Positions 36,325-45,123 of a stretch of DNA of 64,000 bases are shown one piece after another. The translations under genes and the position numbers were made by a program. The notes under the pieces were generated by a model, which made no database searches, had not been told where the DNA came from, and saw only the letters and a list, made by a program, of their open reading frames with translations. The DNA is from Kiritimatiellia bacterium (GTDB lineage: Bacteria; Verrucomicrobiota; Kiritimatiellia; RFP12; UBA1067), in contig JAVEYH010000003.1 of NCBI GenBank assembly GCA_034003585.1, forward strand, positions 13,523 through 77,522, in the 5' to 3' direction. How positions within the stretch are numbered: position 1 is the first letter of the stretch; each line of letters opens with the position of its first letter.

Positions 36325-38073
36325 GTGAACATGGACAGACACTCCAGAGCTTCCGGCTTCATCCTGCCCGTCGTGGTTTGCGGGATGCTGGTGATCGGCG
36401 TGATCGCGGGAGGCCTGCTCCAGTATGTCCTGAACGGCATCCGCGCCACCGGCGTCTTCACGACCGCCTCCGTGTGCCGCCTGTGCGCGCAAAGCGCGTT
36501 GGACCGCGAAAAAACCGAAATCTACAACGCCTTCCGGCGTTATCTGCAAACCCTCCCGACCGCTTGGAACACCTTCGCCTGGTTCGATAATTCCTCCGCG
36601 CAGAGTATCGGGACCTCTGGCTATTCCCGCACCCTGATGCGCAATGAACCGATCAACGGGTGCAGCGTCACCGTCACGCTGTGCGGGGTCACCCGCTCCG
36701 CCGCCGGCGCCCTGCGGCCGTTCGCGCGCATCACGTTGCGCGCCACGGCAAGCGCCGAAACCGCCGCGGGCATTCCGGTGGTGAAAGCCATCGAAGAGGT
36801 CATCGATTACACGCTCGACCGCTCCTCGGTTTTCGACTACGCCTACTTCGTCAACAATTTCGGCTGGTTCATGGGCGGCGGAGTCACCGCCAACGGCGAC
36901 ATCCGCGCCAACGGCAACCTCTCGCTGGACGGCAACTCCTGGGTCAACGGCGACGGGTACGCCGCCGCGAACAGCGAGTTGGGCGCGATCGGACAGGTGC
37001 TGGGCACCGCGCGGAACGCCCCGCTCACAACCTACCGCAACCAGAACAATGACCGTTCGCGCCCCACCAGCCCCACCGCGCCAGACGGCGTGGAGTGGCC
37101 CATGGGGTACGACGGTACCTGCAACCTGAACTCCTTCCAACAGACGCTGGACATGCCGTTTCTCGGCGACCTGGACGCGTACCGCGAGATCGCCAACGCT
37201 ATCGGCGGCACCGTCAAGCAACAGGGCAACACGCTGGTCGACGGCTGTTACCGGGGCCCCGGCCCCTCAGGCCTGACCAACGGCGCCGACCAGGGGTGCC
37301 TCATCCTGGACGGCACCGCGAAGCCGATCCTCCTCGACGGGCCGGTTGTGGTGGACAGCGATGTCATCATCAAAGGCACGGTCAAGGGCCAGGGCGTCAT
37401 CTACTCCGGCCGCAACATCTACATCGTCGGCGATTTGACCTACGACAATCCCCCGGAGTGGGATAAACCCGACACCAAGCCGGAACAGACAGCCAAGAAG
37501 AACGAGACCGCGGACATGCTCGGCCTGGCAGCCAAGGGCAACATCGTTCTCGGAGATTATACCGACTCCTCCTGGCTTTCCGGCGTGGATAACTATATCA
37601 CGCCGCCCTTCGTCAAACCGTACGACTGCGACCCGACCGACGCCGCCATCGGCTACAACGGCACCTTCAACGGTGATTACACCGCCCGCGACGGCGGCAA
37701 GAAGGTGGAGTATGTCTACGATAAAAAACTGAAACGATACGTCCCCTCCTCCGAGTCCAACCGGCGCTATTACGAGAGTGCGGCCGGGAACCGGGTGATC
37801 GCGCAAGAGGCCCAGTCCGGCGCCATCACGCGCATCGATGCGGTGCTCTACAACAACCACGCCACCATGGGCCGCGTCGGCGCCTGTTCGTTTAACGGCG
37901 CCCTGGTCTGCCGCGACGAAGCCATCCTCTACAACAGCTCGGTCACCTTCAACTGGGACATCCGCCTCGGCTCCGCCAGCCGGGACGGCATGGATTTCTT
38001 CATCTATCTGCCGATGTCGCCGGCTTCGCCGCAGGTGATGGAATGGCAGGAACTCACCGAGCCGGAACCATGA
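36325..38073 (+). CDS. GspK/PilX-like large minor pseudopilin
   Basis: N-terminus ...RASG|FILPVVVCGMLVIGVIAGGLLQY lacks Glu at +5, as is typical of GspK. The large extracellular domain contains Gly/Asn-rich beta-repeats. Confidence 0.65.
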   Translation: MNMDRHSRASGFILPVVVCGMLVIGVIAGGLLQYVLNGIRATGVFTTASVCRLCAQSALDREKTEIYNAFRRYLQTLPTAWNTFAWFDNSSAQSIGTSGYSRTLMRNEPINGCSVTVTLCGVTRSAAGALRPFARITLRATASAETAAGIPVVKAIEEVIDYTLDRSSVFDYAYFVNNFGWFMGGGVTANGDIRANGNLSLDGNSWVNGDGYAAANSELGAIGQVLGTARNAPLTTYRNQNNDRSRPTSPTAPDGVEWPMGYDGTCNLNSFQQTLDMPFLGDLDAYREIANAIGGTVKQQGNTLVDGCYRGPGPSGLTNGADQGCLILDGTAKPILLDGPVVVDSDVIIKGTVKGQGVIYSGRNIYIVGDLTYDNPPEWDKPDTKPEQTAKKNETADMLGLAAKGNIVLGDYTDSSWLSGVDNYITPPFVKPYDCDPTDAAIGYNGTFNGDYTARDGGKKVEYVYDKKLKRYVPSSESNRRYYESAAGNRVIAQEAQSGAITRIDAVLYNNHATMGRVGACSFNGALVCRDEAILYNSSVTFNWDIRLGSASRDGMDFFIYLPMSPASPQVMEWQELTEPEP

Positions 38074-38528
38074 GACGACCCACTCCCCTCATCCCCGCCG
38101 CCATCCGATGCCGCCGCGCGCTCCTGTGCGGCCTGCTGGCCGCGTCCGCACTCCGCGCCGCGGTGGACCAGACCCTGGTTTCCGACTATGTGGTCCGGGA
38201 TCTTCAGGAGGAGGAGACGCGCGCGGCGTTCCGCGGCAACGCGCCCGAACAGGCGGCGCGGCTGCGCGCGGAACAGCGGCAACGGATCGAGCTGATCCGT
38301 TCCCTGCCCTCCGACCGGATCCAGGAGTGGCTGGCCGGCAACCGTTCGGATGCGGTGCTCCACCGTCTGGCTGCCGCGCCCCGCGGCACGCCTTCCCGTC
38401 CGGCCGCCGCGCCACCCTTCCCGGAAGCGGGGAAAACCCTCCCCCAACGGCGGGCGCGCCTGCTGTTGGCCCTGACAGGATCCCTGATCCTCGGCTTCCT
38501 CCTCTGGCACCGGCACAGCCACCCGTGA
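38070..38528 (+). CDS. small hypothetical protein with signal peptide and C-terminal TM anchor; last gene of the pseudopilin cluster
   Basis: ATGA overlap with the preceding gene. Signal peptide ...LLAASALRAA and C-terminal LLLALTGSLILGFLLW. Confidence 0.55.
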   Translation: MRRPTPLIPAAIRCRRALLCGLLAASALRAAVDQTLVSDYVVRDLQEEETRAAFRGNAPEQAARLRAEQRQRIELIRSLPSDRIQEWLAGNRSDAVLHRLAAAPRGTPSRPAAAPPFPEAGKTLPQRRARLLLALTGSLILGFLLWHRHSHP

Positions 38529-38675
38529 TCCGGTTGCCGGGCGCGATTCAACATGGCGTTTTCCCCCGAAATCGCTATCGGGACCGGAATCGGTGAAATG
38601 CGCTGTTTTACAGGATGACGCTCCGTTCTCAATCTCCTCATTCTTCCTTGGGTGCCCGGCCGCAGCGGAATCGGA

Positions 38676-38704
38676 TTGCCTGCGGGGACTTGACCGCCTA
38701 TCAT
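38676..38704 (+). promoter_or_regulatory. sigma-70-like promoter (TTGCCT-17 nt-TATCAT) upstream of the NYN-domain gene
   Basis: Read directly. The -10 overlaps the first ATG of the ORF, so the gene probably starts at the second ATG (38718). Confidence 0.35.
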
Positions 38705-40460
38705 GTTGATTTCCGTTATGTCTCTTTGCGAAACACCCCTACCCAACACGTGCGAACAGGAGCTTCAGCGTCTGATCGCGGAGGTGCCGGACGCGGACCT
38801 GTCGCGCCTGGTCGTCACCGAACCGGCCTTCCGCGCCGGAGGTTTCCGTCCGACCGGCAAACCCGCCGTGCTCCGCGCGCGCCTGGGACAGATCGCGCTG
38901 GGCGCGGGCCCGCTTCCCGCAACCGTGCGCCGGATTCTCGCGCGCCGGTCGCGCGCCGCCGCGTTGCTGGGCCTGCTGTCACCCGGACTCCTCGCCGAAC
39001 TGCGGCACGCCCTGGTTTCCCTGCTCGGGGATCCCGCACTGCGCATCGCCATGCTGCTCGATGACCGCGATGAGGTGCGCGACCAGGCAAAAGCGTGGCT
39101 CCGGGAGTCCGACCCCTTGCCGCCCCTGAAACCGGAGGAGGCGCTCGAACGCCTGCGCGGGCGGTTCGCCCCGCTCACGGACCTCCTCGGCATCGCGCCC
39201 GCCGCAAACCATCCTCCCACGCGCGAAGCCTGGCTGACCCAGAAAACGCGCCTGGAGGAGCGGCTGCGCCACCTCCAAACCGAAAACCGCCGTCTCCAAG
39301 GCGTGGAGGACCGTCTCGCGCGGCAGGTCGCGCTCCTAAAAAAGAGTGAGACGGAACAGGGCCTCGCGCGCCAACGGGCCGAAGCCGCCGAAGCCGGCCT
39401 GCGGCGGAACACGGCGGAGCTGGAAACGGTGAGAGCCGAACTCGCGCGCGAAACCGGCCGCCGTGACGAACGTCTCGCCGCGGCCCTGGATCTCGCGCTG
39501 GCCCGGGAGTTCCACGGCTGGCTCGCGCACACGCGCAGGGTGGAGGCGGAGGCCCGCGAAACCGACCGGCACGCGGACCTCGTGGCACAGGCCGAAGCCG
39601 CCCTGCGGCATCAGCGGGAACAGGACCGGCACAGCGGGAACCGTGCCGTGCTCGGGACGCGTGCCGGGCAGCTCCGGTCCTCGCTTGCGGAGGTGCGCGA
39701 CACCCTCGCCCACGCGCTGCGGGTGACGCCCGGACTCCAGCGCGTGGAATCCGCCCTCGCCTCGGAGGTGCGGCGGATCGAACGGATCCTCAATCCCCAG
39801 CCCCCCGCCACCCCGCTGGAGCAGGCCCTTCTCGCGCACCTGCACGCCGCGCCGGATAACGACCTGCCGGGACTGCGCGACCTGCCGGAACGCTTCGCAC
39901 CCCTCGGCGTGCTGGATGACGCGGCCCTTGACCGCCTGCGCGAGGCCTTCCAGAAACGGCTGTCGGTTCTCCAAACCGCCGTGCCGCCCCCGGAACCCCA
40001 CATGGCCGAACGCCGCAGCGCCGTGGCCCAACTGGGCCGCGCCCTGGCCGGCCAGGAGCCCGCCATCCTGCTGATCGACGGACACAATGTGCTGTTCGGC
40101 CTGCCCTCCCGCTACACGCCGCCGCGCGGCGCCTCGCTTTCGGAGGCCGAGAAACGGCAGCGGCTCACCGATGACCTGACGCGGCTCACCTCCGCCACTC
40201 CCTCGATCCGCGTCTGGCTCGTGTTCGACGGGCCCACCCGCAGCGACAACCAGGCCGCCCCGAATGTGCGCGTCACCTATTCGGGCGGCGAAGGGGAACA
40301 CCGCGCCGACAACGTGCTGCTCGACACCCTGCGCTTTTTTAAAAGCTCCTCCCCGGATACCGCGGTGTTTCTGGTCAGCAATGACCAGGCTCTGTGCGTC
40401 GCCGCACGCCGCCTCGGCGCGGCCGACATCACCGTGCTGGAACTCGGAGCCTTCTTCTGA
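38703..40460 (+). CDS. coiled-coil protein with C-terminal YacP-like NYN (PIN-like) ribonuclease domain
   Basis: C-terminus ...ILLIDGHNVLFG...WLVFDGP...VTYSGGEGEHRADNVLLD...VFLVSNDQALCVAARRLGA matches the YacP/Rae1 NYN pattern. Arg/Glu/Ala-rich heptad-like coiled coil spans roughly aa 150-330 of the approx. 420-aa N-terminal region. The true start may be the downstream ATG at 38718. Confidence 0.7.
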   Translation: MLISVMSLCETPLPNTCEQELQRLIAEVPDADLSRLVVTEPAFRAGGFRPTGKPAVLRARLGQIALGAGPLPATVRRILARRSRAAALLGLLSPGLLAELRHALVSLLGDPALRIAMLLDDRDEVRDQAKAWLRESDPLPPLKPEEALERLRGRFAPLTDLLGIAPAANHPPTREAWLTQKTRLEERLRHLQTENRRLQGVEDRLARQVALLKKSETEQGLARQRAEAAEAGLRRNTAELETVRAELARETGRRDERLAAALDLALAREFHGWLAHTRRVEAEARETDRHADLVAQAEAALRHQREQDRHSGNRAVLGTRAGQLRSSLAEVRDTLAHALRVTPGLQRVESALASEVRRIERILNPQPPATPLEQALLAHLHAAPDNDLPGLRDLPERFAPLGVLDDAALDRLREAFQKRLSVLQTAVPPPEPHMAERRSAVAQLGRALAGQEPAILLIDGHNVLFGLPSRYTPPRGASLSEAEKRQRLTDDLTRLTSATPSIRVWLVFDGPTRSDNQAAPNVRVTYSGGEGEHRADNVLLDTLRFFKSSSPDTAVFLVSNDQALCVAARRLGAADITVLELGAFF

Positions 40461-40504
40461 CACGGGCGGCGCCCCCAACCCAACGGAAACACGGACACCC
40501 CGGC

Positions 40505-41731
40505 ATGACCGACACTCTCCGCATCACCGACCTCACCGGCCACAAAACCGTCCGGCAGGCGTTCCGGAACGGCGCGCTGCAAGTCATCTCCCGCTCCGGA
40601 CTGCACGCCGCCGAAAAGATGCTGCTCGACCATCTCGGGCGCCTCGCGCCTTTCCCCGCGCGCCTACTGGTCGCGGGCAACCGCACCGGCGCGGCGGCCA
40701 TGGCGGCCGCCCTGCATTTCCCGGGATGCGCCGTCACCTGCCATGCCTTCGACCTGCATCACGCGCGGGCCATCGCGCGCAATCTGACGGCCAACGCGTT
40801 TTCCTGCCGCTTCCGTTGCGACCCCTGCGTCACGGTACCGGATGCGGTGTGCGTCCCGGCCGGAAGCGGCAACGGCGGCGCCCCGGTTTCCCTCGCCTGC
40901 ACCGCGTCCCTGCCGGACGGCCCCTTTGACGCCGCGCTCTTCATGGCCACGCCGGGGAGCACCACCGGCGAGCTGCTGCTCGATCAGCTTGAGGACCTCC
41001 ACCGCGTCCTCGCTCCCGGCGGGGTCTGCCTCGCAGCCTGTGAAACCGATGTGCCGGCCCTGCTCAAACAGGTCAAGCGCACGTTCGGCCCCCCCACGGT
41101 CCATTTCCATCGCGGCCCGCTCTGCTGTCTCAGCGCGCGCAAGCGCGGCGCGCTCGCGGACCCGCGCGACTTCACCGCGCCGTTCGCGGCCTCCCTTCCC
41201 GGAGGGGTCTCCCTCACGCTTTGCTCGCTGCCGGGGGTCTTCTGCCACCGCCGCCCCGACACAGGGGGCCTCGCGCTCGCCGAAGTCGCGGTGCGCGATC
41301 TCAGGCCCGGCGCGCGCGTGCTGGACATGGGGTGCGGATGTGGTCTGGTCGGCCTCCTGCTGGCCGCGAGCCTGCCGGACGTACGGGTCACGTTCGTGGA
41401 TTCCCACAGCCGCGCCCTGGCCGCGACACGCCGCAACCTGGACGGCCTCGGCCTCGCCGCGGAGAGTCTGGTGCTCTCCGATTCGGGTCTGAGCGCAACC
41501 GGAATCGACCTGTTCGCCGGCAATCCGCCCTACTACTCCGATTTCCGCATCGCCGACTGCTTTCTCCGAACCGCCCGCGCGGTCCTCGCGCCCGGAGGCG
41601 TGTGCCTCACTGTCGCCAAAACGGCCCGCGCGCTTGCGGAACGGCAGCGCGAGCTGTTCGGGGAAGCCGAAATCCTGCCGCGCCGCGGGTACGGCGTGGT
41701 CCGGAGTGTCCAAAAAGGAGAACCGTCATGA
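40505..41731 (+). CDS. RsmC/RlmG-like rRNA (guanine-N2) methyltransferase (tandem MTase-fold domains)
   Basis: SAM motif VLDMGCGCGLVGLL and catalytic motif GNPPYY in the C-terminal domain. The N-terminal domain is a degenerate MTase-like fold. Confidence 0.7.
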   Translation: MTDTLRITDLTGHKTVRQAFRNGALQVISRSGLHAAEKMLLDHLGRLAPFPARLLVAGNRTGAAAMAAALHFPGCAVTCHAFDLHHARAIARNLTANAFSCRFRCDPCVTVPDAVCVPAGSGNGGAPVSLACTASLPDGPFDAALFMATPGSTTGELLLDQLEDLHRVLAPGGVCLAACETDVPALLKQVKRTFGPPTVHFHRGPLCCLSARKRGALADPRDFTAPFAASLPGGVSLTLCSLPGVFCHRRPDTGGLALAEVAVRDLRPGARVLDMGCGCGLVGLLLAASLPDVRVTFVDSHSRALAATRRNLDGLGLAAESLVLSDSGLSATGIDLFAGNPPYYSDFRIADCFLRTARAVLAPGGVCLTVAKTARALAERQRELFGEAEILPRRGYGVVRSVQKGEPS

Positions 41732-43101
41732 ACCTGAACCGAAGAGCCTTTCTGCAAAACTCGGTCTGTGCGTCCGCGTCCGCCGTCTGGGGGCGGCATC
41801 CGGCCGACACGCGCCCGCCGGTGACGCCCACCCCCGCCCAGCAGGCCTGGCACGATCTGGAACTGGGCATGTTCTTCCATTTCGACATCCCGGTTTACCG
41901 GCAGGAGTGGAAGTGGCGCAGCTTCACCGATTTTCCGCATCCCAACCTCTATCAGCCCGCCAAACTGGACACGGACCAGTGGATGGAGGCGGCCAAGGCC
42001 ATGGGCGCGCGGTACGCCATCTTCGTGGCCAAACACTGTAGCGGGTTCCTGCAATGGCAGTCGGATCTGTATCCCTACGGTGTCCGGCAATCCTCGTGGG
42101 AAGGCGGCAAAGGCGATGTGGTGCGCCGGTTCACGGACTCCTGCCGGCGGTACGGCATCCGTCCGGGACTTTATGCCTCGGTCTCCGCCAACGGGTATCT
42201 GGGCGTGGACAACCCCGGCCTCGTGAACCGCGGCAAAGGCGGGGATGACGCGGCCCAGGCGCGCTACGTGGCGACCTGCGAGCGGATGATGACCGAGCTC
42301 TGGACGCGCTACGGCGACCTGTTCGAGATCTGGTTCGACGGCGGCGCCATCCCGGCCGCCAAGGGCGGGCCGGATCTGGTGCCGATCCTCAAACGGCACC
42401 AACCCAACGCCATCGTTTTCCAGGGCCCGGTCGGCACGCCGAACCTGATCCGGTGGGTCGGCAACGAACGGGGTGTCGCGCCCTACCCCTGCTGGAGCAC
42501 GGCCCATGCGGGCACGGGCGAGGGCGGCACGGTCGAGAAGGTTTTCGGCGGCCACCCCGACGGCAACCTCTGGGTTCCCGGCGAATGCGACGTGCCGGTG
42601 CGCAACCACGACTGGTTCTGGAAACCGGGAGGCGAGAAACGGCTCTACGCCGATGCGCACCTCATCGAGATGTACTACAACTCTGTGGGACGCAACTGTA
42701 ATCTGCTGCTGAACGCCAACCCGGGCCCGGACGGACTGGTCCCGGAGGCGGACTTCCAGAAGTATGTGGCCTTCGGCAAAGAGATCCGCCGCCGCTTTGA
42801 CCGGCCGGCCGCCGAAACCCGCGGCGCGGGCACACTCGTCACCCTGACGCTGCCCCGGCCGCAACCCGTGAATCATGTGATGCTCATGGAGGAAATCAGC
42901 CGCGGGGAACGGATCCGCGCCTACCGTGTGGCAGGCCAGGCTCCCGGCGGCGCCTGGCAACCGCTCTGCACCGGCATCTCCGTGGGCCACAAGCGCATTC
43001 AGACCTTTGAACGGGCCGTCGTGTCCGGCATCCGCCTGCATGTGACCGAAACGGTCGGCGAGCCTCTGATCCGCCGCCTGGCCGTTTTCGACGTGACCTG
43101 A
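41728..43101 (+). CDS. alpha-L-fucosidase (GH29) with TAT signal and C-terminal beta-sandwich domain
   Basis: TAT motif NRRAFLQ. GH29-like core ...YAIFVAKHCSGFLQWQSDLYPYG...EIWFDGG.... ATGA overlap with the upstream gene. Confidence 0.75.
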   Translation: MNLNRRAFLQNSVCASASAVWGRHPADTRPPVTPTPAQQAWHDLELGMFFHFDIPVYRQEWKWRSFTDFPHPNLYQPAKLDTDQWMEAAKAMGARYAIFVAKHCSGFLQWQSDLYPYGVRQSSWEGGKGDVVRRFTDSCRRYGIRPGLYASVSANGYLGVDNPGLVNRGKGGDDAAQARYVATCERMMTELWTRYGDLFEIWFDGGAIPAAKGGPDLVPILKRHQPNAIVFQGPVGTPNLIRWVGNERGVAPYPCWSTAHAGTGEGGTVEKVFGGHPDGNLWVPGECDVPVRNHDWFWKPGGEKRLYADAHLIEMYYNSVGRNCNLLLNANPGPDGLVPEADFQKYVAFGKEIRRRFDRPAAETRGAGTLVTLTLPRPQPVNHVMLMEEISRGERIRAYRVAGQAPGGAWQPLCTGISVGHKRIQTFERAVVSGIRLHVTETVGEPLIRRLAVFDVT

Positions 43102-43182
43102 GGCGCACGGCCTGCGGCCCCGCGTTACGCGACCGCACCACGCCCGCCGTCCGCCCCATCACCCCGGCAGCCGAGCCCGGCC

Positions 43183-43216
43183 AACGCGGGCTGCGGATTT
43201 CTCCCGCGTTTTCAAT
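43183..43216 (+). terminator. rho-independent-like terminator hairpin (AACGCGGG-12 nt-CCCGCGTT followed by TTTCAATGTATTT) between convergent genes
   Basis: Read directly. Confidence 0.5.
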
Positions 43217-43261
43217 GTATTTCACATCTGGCAAGGTGTGACGATTCCCTAGACTCGGGGA

Positions 43262-44728
43262 CTACCTGTCACGCCGCATACCGGTTGGCGCGGGATTCAC
43301 CGGCTCCGCCCCGGCACCAAGGTCCGTGAACTCATAAGCGCCGATGTCCGGCGCGGCCCCCGACGGCCGCGGGTTGCCGGTGATGTCAACCGGCGGCGTC
43401 CCGGCGGCGGCGCCCCGGTCACGCGCCGCGGAATCCGCGCGAAGGCGGAAATCGCCGGCGTCCGGGGCGACGAATCCTGCCGCGCCATAGACGTTGTCGC
43501 GCTCCCACGGCCGGCCCGCCCCCGCCGGGACATCGAGCAGGTTGCGCTCGACGCGGACGGCCGGGTCATCCAGAACCATCCGCGGCTGGTCGCCCCACGA
43601 GTTCCGGAAAATGCCGATGTCAAATTCGTCACAGCGGCTGCAGAGGTTGTTCCGGATCACGATGCCGGCGGCGTTCCGGCTCGACAGCTCGATCCCGCGG
43701 CGCGTCCGGTACAGCGTGTTGTGGGTCACGGTGAGATTCGTCATCACCGGATGCCCCGGGCTGCCGTATCCCGCCAGACGGATCCCGAAATGGGTGTTGC
43801 GGATCACGTTATTGAAGATCCGGATGTTCTCGATGACGCCTGCGGTCTCGGAGGCGATGACGATGCCGTTGCCCGTGCCCTGGCCGCCGGGTTCCTCAAA
43901 CGAGGAGAAGATGTCGTGGATGGTGTTTCCGGAAATCTCGATGTCGCGCGCTGTTCCGCGGGCGTCGACATAAATGCCGAGGCTGGTGCGGTGCACATGA
44001 TTGCCGACGATCCGGCCGTGGGAGGAACCGTCTTTCGCGTCGATCCCTTCCTTGCGGTAAAGCCCGCCCCGTTTGCCCGCCAGGCTGGGTAACGTGCTGT
44101 GGACGTAGTTGCTCCGGACCTCAAACGTGTCGGTGTACATCAGCGAGATGCTCTCCTGGCCGCCGCGGGCGCAAACGTTCTGTACCCAGTTGCCGTCGAT
44201 GATGACCTTCGAGCACCGGTAGGTGAGGATTCCGGACGCGCCGGTGTTGGCGATCCGGTTCTTCTCCAGAATGAGATCCTCGCACGAGGCGGCGAAGATG
44301 CCGGCATCGTTCGCGCCCGCCGTGTTGACAATGCTCAGCCCGGAAATCCGGATGTGTTTCTTGTTGCCGATATCCACCAGGCCGAGTATGCCGCCGCGCT
44401 TGGCCAGCGCGACGCCGGTCCCGTCGATGACCACCGAATGCCCGGGATATGCGGTGTAGGTGATCGGTTTGCCCGGCAATCCGGAATGTCCCGGACTCAC
44501 GCGTTCGCAATAGGTGCCCCGCATGATGCGGACCGTGTCCCCGGCGGTCATCGTCGCGGACGCCTTGGCGATCGTCTGCCACGGACTCTGCTCCGTTCCC
44601 GGGTCCGTGTCCCGGCCTTCGGGACTGACGTAGTATTCCGCGGCACGGGCCCCGCCCCACACCGCAAACGCGGCGATGATCCGCCACAGCCCTGATCCCG
44701 TTCCGATGGCCCCGCGTGAACTCCGCAT
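43262..44728 (-). CDS. secreted right-handed parallel beta-helix (pectate-lyase fold) protein
   Basis: Signal peptide, then AEYYVSPEGRDTDPGTEQSPWQTIAKA, followed by PbH1-like repeats. Start at the ATG preceded by AAAAGGGGGGG. Confidence 0.75.
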   Translation of the reverse strand: MRSSRGAIGTGSGLWRIIAAFAVWGGARAAEYYVSPEGRDTDPGTEQSPWQTIAKASATMTAGDTVRIMRGTYCERVSPGHSGLPGKPITYTAYPGHSVVIDGTGVALAKRGGILGLVDIGNKKHIRISGLSIVNTAGANDAGIFAASCEDLILEKNRIANTGASGILTYRCSKVIIDGNWVQNVCARGGQESISLMYTDTFEVRSNYVHSTLPSLAGKRGGLYRKEGIDAKDGSSHGRIVGNHVHRTSLGIYVDARGTARDIEISGNTIHDIFSSFEEPGGQGTGNGIVIASETAGVIENIRIFNNVIRNTHFGIRLAGYGSPGHPVMTNLTVTHNTLYRTRRGIELSSRNAAGIVIRNNLCSRCDEFDIGIFRNSWGDQPRMVLDDPAVRVERNLLDVPAGAGRPWERDNVYGAAGFVAPDAGDFRLRADSAARDRGAAAGTPPVDITGNPRPSGAAPDIGAYEFTDLGAGAEPVNPAPTGMRRDR

Positions 44729-45123
44729 GTCATCCCCCCCTTTTTTGAGGCTTGGCCTCATCCAGATCGCTATCGCCATCGGGTTCAGGATCGCCAGGCG
44801 ATAGACGTCCGGTTTCTCGCCCCCGTCCTTCGTCCTCCGTCCTGACAAGCCAACCACCCCAAATCCTCAAAACCAAACCAAAACTATACCTTATGTGGGT
44901 ACAGTACGAAGGGCGGTTGATCCTGTCAACCCCTTTCACTACGGGTGCAATTCCGGGCATCCCCGTTTCCCTGACTTCCATCAACGGGTCGCGCAGGGAT
45001 GCAGCCATTCAAAGGATGAGGCGATGGGCTTCCCGGGTTCGCAGCGAAGCGTCACACGTTTCCGTACACGGGGAACCGGGCGGAGTCAGGGAGACGGGGA
45101 TGCGTCCCCACACGCTCAGCCTG

